From Gekko japonicus (Eukaryota): DNA of 64,000 nt. This document shows positions 35,801 to 43,800 of the stretch, piece by piece (position 1 is the stretch's first letter; every line of letters starts with the position of its first letter). Under the pieces are notes generated by a model. The model was given only the letters and a program-made list of their open reading frames with translations, searched no databases and had not been told where the DNA came from. A program made the translations under genes and the position numbers. Location: contig NW_015169226.1 in NCBI RefSeq assembly GCF_001447785.1, positions 248,001 through 312,000 of the forward strand, given 5' to 3'.

Positions 35801-37543
35801 CAGGTAGGTTCATGTGGGTGCAGGCAGTCCCTAAGGGGAAACAGGTCTACCTTGTGTGCATGGGGATTGGTTTAAGCCTGACTTCCCACATATAACCATT
35901 ACTGGGTATACCAGACATACATTGGCATGTTTGATTCTCTGCTTCTACCTAATTACAGTTTTCCACTGCCTTTTGACTTAGGGTCTAAACCACTGTGATT
36001 TAAGTTGGTAAGTTTAGCTCTGGCTCACCTGCTGAGAAAAAGAGAAGATTCTTCTTCGGTCTGGATCAAGTAGCGTTGACCTAGCTCCCTTGCACATTAC
36101 TTCTTATTCTCCTCCTAGCTGAAAGACCGTCGACTGTCATTGTTGATGCAAATGAGGCTGTTCTCTCATTGTCACTAGCTATCTTCAGGGACGAAGGTTT
36201 TACTGTGCCTGTCCATTCTCTTTGGCATTGAAATCCCCCAGGGACTGGGAGATTGTGTGTTGATCTAAGTCTTTCCAGATGATTAGAAATAAATTGGTTT
36301 TGTTTTTCTTAGTTCCTTATTCACACTAGTCAGTACTGCCAAGTAGCATAGGCTCCCTACCCTACTGGATGGCATCTGCCAGGGAATGGCCTTATCGCAT
36401 AGGGACAAATGCACTTGCTTGCTGTTTTTTACTAAAATCAGGAGAGGTGCATGCTCTGGTACATATCACTTTCAAAGAGCTGAACAAAAGGCTCTTCAAA
36501 ACAATCCCATGAAATTGTGGGACACCAGAGGAAAAACACTGTATAAATGCTAAGCACTGAAGGCACTTCATCTGTATTTATTGCAGCAGTTTTTACAAGA
36601 GCAGCATTTCCATTTGACATTTCAGGGTCTGAGGTTGAAAGGTAGTTGCTTGTCTAAAAAGCCACCTAGTTAGTTCACAGATGAGCAAAGATATGAGCCC
36701 TGCTGTTCCAGTCGCTGCACTTAACCCTTCTTCTATATTAGTGACTACACTGCTGTGGCGGAGGGGGAGGTTGCAAGGATGTGGTTTGCATGAACTCCCT
36801 TGCTTGAATGGATTGACATGAGCATGCTCAGCCTCTGAAAACAATGCGGAACGCAACAGAACAAAGGTCATATAAAAACACAGCCATGAGGAGTTGTGGT
36901 GACCTTACTGGAAATTATGATTAGCGCACGACTATTGACCACACATCACTAGCAGTCACAATTGCCAAGCTAGCTGAGGTGGTGCTGGGGGAAAGAAGTT
37001 GCATTTCCTAGTGAGAAAGTAATGCTGGCCAAATGCATATTGGGTTGGAATCAGCCAGCTTTTCGGCAGATGGAAAAGGGAAGAGAGAGTTTTTAGCCAG
37101 CCAAAAGCTTATGCTACTTGGGCAAGACTGAGCTAATTTGTTGGCTAGATCTAACCCATTGCTTGCAACATGTGAATCTCCTGCAGCACATGGCGTAAAA
37201 ACCACAGCATCCTGTAAGGCCCCAGAGCTCCCTGTCCTTTGAACTTGGCTAGCTCCCACGCCTCCGTTATGTGGTAGCGTGAGTGTACTGCACCGTTAAC
37301 TCACTGCTATTCCACCCAGAACGAACACTTCTACTTTAAAATAGCTACGGTAGCAATGCTCTCTACCAGAAAATATAAATGCAGGGTGTAGTGAACACTT
37401 CTACTTTAAAATAGCTAGCAATGCTGTCTACCAGAAAATATAAATGCAGGGTGTAGTAACAAGTTCTTTTCTCTTCCACAGGGTATTTTCAACAAAAATT
37501 AAATGAATATCAAGAACAAAAGAAGCTAAGACGGCTGTCCTGA
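2642..37543 (+). CDS. DENND2D: DENN domain-containing protein 2D (Rab GEF), multi-exon, 5'-partial; join(2642..2820,7746..7858,10797..10866,21018..21095,21700..21840,23925..24073,27191..27368,28376..28417,31460..31544,33910..34149,37482..37543)
   Basis: Eleven AG/GT-bounded exons join in one frame (1337 nt = 2 nt + 445 codons including stop). Peptides FFEYLVVVSLKK, YQFPKRENLLRGQ, AIPLFCFPDGNEW, ETFSFVLTNVDGSRKIGYCRRLL, LLYPFTWAHTYIPVVP and FVKTQMFSLFIQEAE match DENND2D as recalled. CEPT1 is adjacent tail-to-tail. Confidence 0.95.
2930..3301. mobile_element. Palindromic hAT-type MITE
   Basis: TIR tagggttgcca...tggcaacctta; 8-bp TSD agtctggt (2922-2929, 3302-3309); internal dyad symmetry. Confidence 0.85.
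3312..3525. mobile_element. hAT-type MITE (agggttgcc family)
   Basis: 8-bp TSD tctggtag (3304-3311, 3526-3533). Related copies at ~3887-4131, ~14981, ~22432-22640 and ~46721-46940. Confidence 0.8.
4493..4698 (+). mobile_element. tRNA-derived SINE
   Basis: tRNA-like head ggggctgtagctcagtggtggag with A/B-box remnants, followed by a non-tRNA body. Confidence 0.75.
6415..6692. mobile_element. Degenerate palindromic hAT-type MITE
   Basis: Dyad gctctagcactcaccc...ggggtgagtgctagagc; right end cctggcaagcct resembles the 2930-3301 family. Confidence 0.6.
7242..7565 (-). mobile_element. Probable solo LTR (Gypsy-like)
   Basis: Inverted termini tattaagtattg / caatacataaca (2 mismatches); 5-bp TSD tttat (7237-7241, 7566-7570); TATA-like and AATAAA motifs on the minus strand. 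Confidence 0.6.
7746..7858 (+). CDS. DENND2D: DENND2D coding exon (RENLLRGQREEEERLLQAIPLFCFPDGNEWAPLTEYT)
   Basis: Acceptor ctctttttacag, donor CAG|gtaagt; FCFPDG DENN motif. Confidence 0.95.
7930..8110. mobile_element. Short fold-back element, probably inverted Penelope pLTR ends
   Basis: Arms ttaagaccaacaaagttttattctgggtataa / ttatacccagaataaaactttgttggtcttaa. Relatives at 54383-54592 and ~62810-62967. Confidence 0.6.
10187..10470 (-). mobile_element. tRNA/MIR-derived squamate SINE (Squam3-like)
   Basis: Minus-strand head gagtttggtatagtggttaagtgtgcagac, gaccttggg core and (ttc)n tail. Close copy at 49785-50072; partial copies at ~26810-26985, ~30084-30235 and ~51570-51700. Confidence 0.8.
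10797..10866 (+). CDS. DENND2D: DENND2D coding exon (SETFSFVLTNVDGSRKIGYCRRLL)
   Basis: Acceptor ttatctttgcag, donor TTG|gtgaat; uDENN FSFVLT..G motif. Confidence 0.95.
15194..16389 (-). mobile_element. Penelope-like element (Neptune-type) 3' fragment with GIY-YIG endonuclease remnant
   Basis: VVYFIQCDCLKLYIGSTTRPLKLRIMEH (GIY-YIG) preceded by a CLKCKAC linker; 21-bp inverted ends; flanked by the 15-bp direct repeat atcacctggaggttg; inserted into a hAT MITE. Confidence 0.85.
16656..17082. mobile_element. GC-rich non-autonomous hAT element
   Basis: TIR cagggct...agccctg; 8-bp TSD atctctag (16648-16655, 17083-17090). Confidence 0.85.
17204..17784. repeat. 177-bp direct duplication (17204-17380 = 17608-17784) enclosing a 230-bp copy of 18190-18419
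   Basis: Direct sequence comparison; one mismatch seen per pair. Confidence 0.9.
18190..18935 (-). mobile_element. L2-type LINE reverse transcriptase fragment (frameshifted)
   Basis: SNLPYLGKIIERAVAIQL, LDPFQSSF, TETALVAL, LDLSAAFNTVDH and YADDTQLY (atagagctgggtgtcatcagcata on +). Confidence 0.85.
21018..21095 (+). CDS. DENND2D: DENND2D coding exon (PTGRGARLPEVYCIISCLGCFGLFSK)
   Basis: Acceptor tatttttcag, donor AAG|gtaggc. Confidence 0.95.
21700..21840 (+). CDS. DENND2D: DENND2D coding exon (ILDEVEKRRQISAAVIYPFMQGLRESSFPAPGKTVTIKSFIPDSGTE)
   Basis: Acceptor ttcttccattag, donor GAG|gtttgt. Confidence 0.95.
23925..24073 (+). CDS. DENND2D: DENND2D coding exon (LLELTRPLDSRLEHVEFRALLQCLSPDKILQIFASTALERRIVFLAEDL)
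   Basis: Acceptor ttattccccacag, donor CAG|gtaaaa; core DENN LERRIVF motif. Confidence 0.95.
24145..24478. mobile_element. GC-rich non-autonomous hAT element (same family as 16656 and 46320, opposite orientation)
   Basis: Shares ctcattagcataactcattagcatatgccacaccccctgacatca. Confidence 0.7.
24690..25285 (+). mobile_element. Degenerate L2 LINE fragment
   Basis: Remnants SRLEYCN, LKDHLLPY and DRAFSAVAP. Confidence 0.6.
26005..26230 (+). mobile_element. CR1 LINE 3' end
   Basis: gggggttggactagatgaccctggaggt...ccttccaact..atgattctat is the canonical CR1 terminus. Confidence 0.8.
26380..26569. other. Assembly gap (N run); others at 39715-39760 and 53257-53428
   Basis: Runs of n. Confidence 1.
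27191..27368 (+). CDS. DENND2D: DENND2D coding exon (SLSKCIHAAAALLYPFTWAHTYIPVVPEQLLSTVCCPTPFMVGIQKRYLEEVLDQPMEE)
   Basis: Acceptor ttcctttcag, weak donor GAG|gtgctg; LLYPF.W.HTYIPV and PTPF.VG DENN motifs. Confidence 0.93.
28376..28417 (+). CDS. DENND2D: DENND2D 42-nt coding exon (VLLVDLCEGKFLKL)
   Basis: Acceptor tgctcttttag, donor TTG|gtaagt. Confidence 0.92.
28745..29413. repeat. Imperfect ~95-bp inverted repeats around a ~470-bp core (possible Penelope inverted pLTR)
   Basis: aatatcaaatgtcttatagtttcagtatcaatataatgcat versus atgcattatactgatactgaaactataagacattttgatatt. Confidence 0.7.
30832..31036. mobile_element. hAT (Charlie-like) MITE; second copy at 38468-38665
   Basis: TIR cagtgttccctctaag...cttagagggagcattg; TSD gttaggcc/gttagacc. 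Confidence 0.8.
31460..31544 (+). CDS. DENND2D: DENND2D coding exon (VGDEDEILPGKLQSEMLASLPTVSNNIM)
   Basis: Acceptor attctgtag, donor ATGA|gtaagc; phase fits the next exon. Confidence 0.9.
32335..32495 (+). mobile_element. Rex1/Babar-type LINE C-terminal fragment
   Basis: Translates ILQDLSHPEHSLFKLLPSGRRYRTIKTRTNRLKNSFYSRAIIALN, the typical Rex1 C-terminus. Confidence 0.75.
32497..33040 (-). mobile_element. L1-clade ORF2 internal fragment
   Basis: FIWQRNKPRISLKNLQRPKEHGGFALPN...YYLAASMEWIKDW...GWHAYLW. Confidence 0.8.
33910..34149 (+). CDS. DENND2D: DENND2D coding exon, dDENN (TSEEFNVRVSETFVQFFVKTIGHY...FVKTQMFSLFIQEAERSRKCVE)
   Basis: Acceptor ttcttctttccag, donor AAG|gtaaac; TQMF..FI dDENN motif. 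Confidence 0.95.
34726..35400 (-). mobile_element. RTE BovB LINE, 5'-truncated 3' end
   Basis: FLGSKITADGDCSHEIKRRLLL, RDITLPTKV, YGCESWT, FELWCWRRLLRVPWTARRSNQSILKEI and VHGVAKSRT; (caa)n tail. Confidence 0.93.
37323..37457. repeat. Tandem duplication of ~66-70 bp just upstream of the last DENND2D acceptor
   Basis: gaacacttctactttaaaatagcta...aaatgcagggtgtagt present twice. Confidence 0.85.
37482..37543 (+). CDS. DENND2D: DENND2D terminal coding exon (GYFQQKLNEYQEQKKLRRLS*)
   Basis: Acceptor ttctcttccacag; TGA at 37541-37543. Confidence 0.92.
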
Positions 37544-37920
37544 ATCCGCGTTCTACATAGGAGGCACGCTGGCCAGATAGGCAGGTCTGTACCTACAGCC
37601 AGCACCTGTTCAGCCCAAGACAACAGCTGCCAAGGAACAGAAGCACCACCTTGGCTTCACCAGTTTGGTGGGATCATGGTATTGTCTCACCTTCCTCTGT
37701 AGACCATGAAAGGCCAGGGTGGCTTCAGGTGCCAGTTCCTCCATCCCCCCCCCCCTTTATGACTTGCACTACAAGCTGCTTTTATATAGTTAAAGTTTGG
37801 CTGTGATTCGTAGGCCAACTGACAGAAAGACAAAGCTGCAGCTCTTTAACAAAATGGCAGCATAAAATTAATGAGCCGAGTGATCATCCTGATCAAAATA
37901 GGACTCAAGATAGTTCTAGA

Positions 37921-37926
37921 AATAAA
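37921..37926 (+). terminator. Candidate proximal DENND2D polyadenylation signal AATAAA
   Basis: First AATAAA I noted after the stop codon; usage is not verifiable from sequence. Confidence 0.3.
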
Positions 37927-39812
37927 ATGACATGGTGGAAATGTGGGGTAGTAAACAATGATAAAGAATGTAGAGAAATTGGTAAGACTAATTATGTTTC
38001 TAGGAAACAATTTTATTGGCATTAAAATGGTTTCCATTTCAAAGGCTTCCTTATTGAATGTCTTTCTGGTAAGTCCCCATTGCTGAGGCATTGATGTTGC
38101 CCTTATTTCTGTTCTCTAAAGATGTAATTCTATATCCAACCAAGTAATAATGGCTCCACTAATTTCTCAAAAGATTTCTCTGTAGGAAATTAGTAGTCCA
38201 GACAGAGGCCAAACAATAGAGTGAGAAATGGAATGAAAAGATCAAAGTGGTTTGTGAAAAATGAAGGAAGGGGGAAGAATATCTTACCTCCATCCTATAT
38301 CTTTGCAATGAAGGTAGGCAATACAGCCTAATCGTATTGAATCACAATAGTCGAAGCATGCTGTTCTGAGGAAGGGAAAAATTTAACTAGTTCATAGAAT
38401 GAACCTCGAGACTGGCAGATGGGGTCATTGGAAGCTGCATTTCCAGTGGGAACAGGTTCATATTCCCCAGTGTTCCCTCTAAGCTGAGTTAGTGTGAGCT
38501 AGCTCACAGTTTTTTAGCCTCCAGCTCACAGATTTTTGTTTTCGCTCAGGAAGGATGGCTCCAGAGCAAACTAATTGATGCAGTAGCCAAATGGCTTGCT
38601 CACAACTTTAACGCCAGTAGCTCACAAAGTAGATTTTTTCCTCACAAGACTTAGAGGGAGCATTGGCTGTTAGTATCCTCTGACACGTATTCCTTTATGC
38701 AGCACTGCAGTCTAACAAAGAAGGCAAGGGGGTAACCACTATTGCTACAAGAGGGTGCTGTGTGATCACAAGCCAACACTCAAGTGCTTTAATGGAAGGA
38801 GGAGGAATTTTCCAACACAGGTATCATAAATTATCCATTTTAACAGAAACCTCCAAACAAAAACCTTACATATGAATTATGAGGGGATTTCAGAGGAAGT
38901 ACAGTCATTCTTAGTGAATATACGTTGCGTACAGACTAGGGATTTGGCCACTGTGAAGATCTCATCTTTTAATTACAGAAGAATTGACTACATGTGTTAC
39001 TGCAGCTACTCTTGGGCAAATTCTACAGTGTTCAGTCTTTTTTACTGTGATCAATATGAGTCCATGCACATGGTACAACTGAACTATTCACAATGGCAGT
39101 GAAAGCCACATTCTCCCAGCTGTGTAGTGTGCTCATTGCTATCAGCCATTTGAGTTGCATAAAGACCTAAATTCTCACCTCATGTGTCATAATGAAGTTT
39201 TTTTAAAAAAGGTGACAATCCCTTCTACCAAGAGGAAATGTCAGCCTGCTGGCCACTCACACATCTGTTGACGGCAGCCTCATTTGCAGCACAAAGGCAG
39301 CTAACAAACAGCTGTGCCCTTGGAAATGCTGTAATGGTAGTGGCAGTTTTTCTTCTTAGTCTCAGTCTGTATCTTGAGCTGACAAAGAGCTCTGGTGGGA
39401 GCTCTGTTGGTCCGTAATCGTCCCAAATAATCACTCAGCATGTACCTCCCTTTGCTCAAGAGCATATGCATGGGCTGAGTTACAAGAACAACTAACTTAT
39501 CCCAGAAGACAGTGTTGCTGAAGGGCCCCAAAGAGCTGCTTCTTACGTTTACTGCTGGCTCCTCCAATGTGCCCTGCTAACTCAATAAGCAAGAAACACA
39601 ACATGTACCTTGCCTTCTAAGGATTATACCAGACTTACATCAACTCCTCAGGTCTACCCTGTGCAAAACTAGACTCCCTGCCTTTATAAAATCTGCAAAA
39701 GGTATGGAGAGGTTNNNNNNNNNNNNNNNNNNNNNNNNNNNNNNNNNNNNNNNNNNNNNNTAGAATGGCTCAAAACAGCACATGAACGGTCATAGCTATG
39801 AGAATTTTCTTA

Positions 39813-39818
39813 TTTATT
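39813..39818 (-). terminator. Candidate CEPT1 polyadenylation signal AATAAA (a second one at 39926-39931)
   Basis: tttatt on + in an AT-rich block about 1 kb past the CEPT1 stop. Confidence 0.5.
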
Positions 39819-40775
39819 AAAGAGCAGAAATAACTTTTTTGCATAAATTTTATACAAAAAAAAGTAACTGTAAATTTTTGTATATGCTTTCCACTGAAGA
39901 AACTGAGAATTAAATTCTTTAAATTTTTATTCTTAAAAAAAAATCAAATAAACTGACAGATACCACACTATACTGCATGCTGACAATCACCCCACCCCCC
40001 CACCTCACAGAGCACTGGGGGTGGATTTTAAAGACAAAAGGTGCAACTCATCAAGCTCAGTGGGTGTGAGCCATTTGCCTCCAGCAGACCCACACCACTC
40101 CTATTGAAATGAACAGAGCCTGTCCAGCCACAGTGGATTGCTTCCGAAGATGGCACTTGTATACACCCAACTTCCAGAGTCAACGGGAATAACGTGCCTA
40201 AGAACTTTGAGCTTTTAAAAATCTCTCTCAGTCCTCAACAACAGGTGAATGACAAGATCACAGTCCAGACTCAAAAGTCCAAGATGTTCTAGCCCAAAGT
40301 CCTAGTGGGATATCTGTGTGTTACAAGCTCAACTCTTTAGTAAATAAATTCTGGGTGGGTACTAAATGAGTATCTTACTAAGAGATGATTAATATTAGAA
40401 AGCAAATTGTCTTAGCTTGTAATTACACTTTATTAGAAATCTCTGTTGTTGGGAATCCATTTCCCCCAAGAGTTTATTCTGTAGTTGTGGTAATTACAAA
40501 GACAAATCTTTACTCTCTGCATGCTTTCCAGGGCACACAACCAGCAGAGTGGAAAATGTGCGCATTTGATTGGAGAGTGCTTGGGATTCCCCTTTCACTG
40601 GAGGAGGCTAGCTAAGGAGTGTTGTCAGTAACCAAGAGTAGAAGTTATACAACATTATTATAAATTAGACTTGTTCCTATCTGCTCCCGTTTTCATAGTC
40701 TCCTCAGTATGCTTGAATCCTCTCCAGTAGAAAATAGTTGTCAGTTATTTCTTATTTGTGGTGATGACCAAGTAA

Positions 40776-40895
40776 CTAGTGATGATTAGAATGCGTGGAA
40801 GGGATCTTGATCCTGAAGACATGGATGTGAAGGTGTGAAGCGATCTGATTGCACACGCTGACACAGTACCGGAGCAAATCAAAAAGGGAGAAGAT
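40776..40895 (-). CDS. CEPT1: CEPT1 terminal coding exon ([39 protein letters not shown])
   Basis: Minus-strand acceptor ctcctttcag; TAG at 40778-40776. Confidence 0.95.
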   Translation of the reverse strand: MFSLFDLLRYCVSVCNQIASHLHIHVFRIKIPSTHSNHH

Positions 40896-43800
40896 CTGAA
40901 AGGAGAACACAGCCACATGCAAGATCTAGGTGTAAAAGCCTCAAAATCATTTGTTTCATGCCCATTCTCTAAAACACCAGGGTTTCAAGTAACAGATTTT
41001 ATTTTTTATCCTTTCTGTTTTACTGATAATATATATGACAACAACTGTTATTTATTTATTTATTGCATTTATATCCCGCGAGTGGGCTCAGGGCAGGTTC
41101 CATCATTTCAATAAATACAATAAAATTTAAAACACATTATAAACATATAAAACTAGTAAATCCAGGTTCAACACCCACTGGTCCACCAGATGATACTGGG
41201 CCAATCATGCTGTCTTAGGGGAAACATCTATGTTGCATTGAGCTCCTTAAAAGGACGGACCAGCATAAAAATGTTCAAAACTAAACCTATCTACAGCAAA
41301 GGTCTTTGTGAAGTAACCCATTAATACAGGTCTTATTTCAATAGCAAAATTCTGATCTACTTTTCTGAAGAAAGACTAAGCAGTGGTAAATCAGAATACA
41401 TTTAAGGGTATTTTACTTACTGATAATCAAATATCGACTGTGTAATTGATATGTATTGTGCCTTTCCTTCATCATGAATTCCTAAATTCCAATTGTGGTC
41501 CCCAGTATGGTACCCATTAGTGCCATGGTACCTCTGTGGGCACCTTTCCTGATGCCTAAACGTCTTTAGAAAGTGGGTGGGACCAGGGTTTTTGAAAAGT
41601 TTTTCATGTTTATGGTTTAATGCAGATACTGTATTTTACCTGTGCAAACTGCAGAATGATATTCTAAACACACAGTGGGACTTGATTCTGACTAAATATA
41701 GTTGGGTTACAGCGCTAAAATACATGATGCACCTAACAGGAACTTCTATTGAAGTCATCAAATGTGAATGTGCTTTTATAATTCAGGAGGAAGTTGACGA
41801 TAACATCACTAACATCAAATTTTGTTGACAAAGAGCATTTACGTTCTTATCAAAATCTGGCCAGAATTTCTCTCTTACTGTACACGTGTACAAGGAGCTC
41901 TCATCAGCCCTTCAGCACCAACTGTCATTGTTACAGGTAATGGTGCAGGTTAAACATGGCTGGGCTCATGCAAAGGGATAGCCAGGAGAAGCAGCATTCC
42001 CACCACCCCTTTTGCATAAGTGTGTAAGGTGCCTGCAAAATGAAGATGCATAACAGCTATATGAGGGTTTCTTAGCTAGCCTAATATGTATACTTATTTT
42101 ATGCATACACAAGAAAATATTTTAAATATGTTAATTTTAAAAGGTACTCTGTTAAACAGTTTCTACTGGAAATGCTGAAGACATACTACAAGAATGAGGC
42201 ATAATCTCACTTCCTGATGTTCTGCGGTGGGCTCTGCTTCACCTCCTATATGGTAACCAAATTGTAGTTGCACCCACCACCCTGCATCAGAATTCTAAAG
42301 GTGCTCACAGGCTGAAAAAGGTTGGGGACCCCTTCCTTAAAGACAAGAAGTGAAATTGACCAGCCTCTCCACCCCATCTGAACTTACATCATGCCTGCTC
42401 TTGTATAGTGACCTATTTAAGAACTATAAGGACATGTACTATAATATTAATACATCTTAATACATCTTAATACAGCTGTCGTAATCCAAATGACAATTCC
42501 TGTATCTTAAGAGACTGGGAGGCATTGCAGTCCCTTTAGGAGCTCTGTGCACATCTGGTGCGTGCTTTGGGATTGCATAGGAAAAGCGCTACTCAGTTCA
42601 TCCAATGATCTCTCTGCATGCATAAGGATAGGTATGCATGCCCTAGTTGTGGACCTTGCCAAACATGGGTAAGCTAGCCAAGGTTTTCTGTGCAGTTCAC
42701 TCTGGCTGACTTGAGACCTGTTGTTGCAAAACTTAAAATTGTACACATGTATGGAAAGAATGCCCAAAGGGTTTTTTTTTTCATGGCCAGAAAAATAAGG
42801 AAATACTTACCAGAGCAATCCAAAGTACAATATACTCATCAATAAAGCTGTTAAAATATTGGTCCAGAAACAAGAGCGCTGGGCCTATGAATGCTGTGTC
42901 ATGAAGATGCATTTCACTTTTAGTCATATGTGCAACCTGTAGGAAGAAATGAGGTAATCCAGATGAATATTCTGTTATAGTATTTCTAGTGAGCTATAGC
43001 TAATCTACTTAGTTTTATGGTGTGCAAGCAAATGAATTTTGATTATAATATCAGTCACATTTCTTTTCATAGACTGGGCAATGGGCAAGCTGCCAGGACA
43101 GTATTTGGGGCAGGCAAGTGAGAAGTACCATTATGTGCAACACAAACTTGGGAAAGAAAAAAGCTGCTTTAGAAATCTAACATTTGAGATGGTGTGGTTA
43201 ATCAGTGCTTACAGTGGAAGAAAAGAAGTAAATGTTTAATGGCAAAATTAAACATACAAGGATGATGAGGCACTTACCACCAGTTTGTTAGTTATCTTAG
43301 CAGATACAAAACCAAAAGTTAGTATGTAGAGACAAGGGTGCTTTTCAAAGAGCTCCACAGCAGATTTCTTGTAGATCATGGCAGCTAACGCAATGACTGA
43401 TCCAATGTGAAGAAATGGTGAAAGGACACTTGTTCCCTATGCAAAGAAGGAGCTTGGTATTACTTTATCAAGAAGGGCACATTACATAAGTACAAATGCC
43501 AACATGGTGTGCTCAGACGATGTGGATGACAATCATTTATGTTACCCTGTAATTAAAACTTGTTGAACCCACACATCTGGCACCTGAAAAGCATACAGAA
43601 GGGCATCACCTGACTGACCTTGTGTTTGAAGCCTCTGAGATAGAAGCAAACATCACAAACAATGCTGCATTTACAACCCATGTGTAATTTCAGACTTTAA
43701 GCAACTTGGAAAAAAATGGCTAGAATGGAACTACTGTTAGGATTCAGATGTTATTTTTAAAGTACAGGAAGTCCAAATTGTTCTTTTACATCACAAGATG

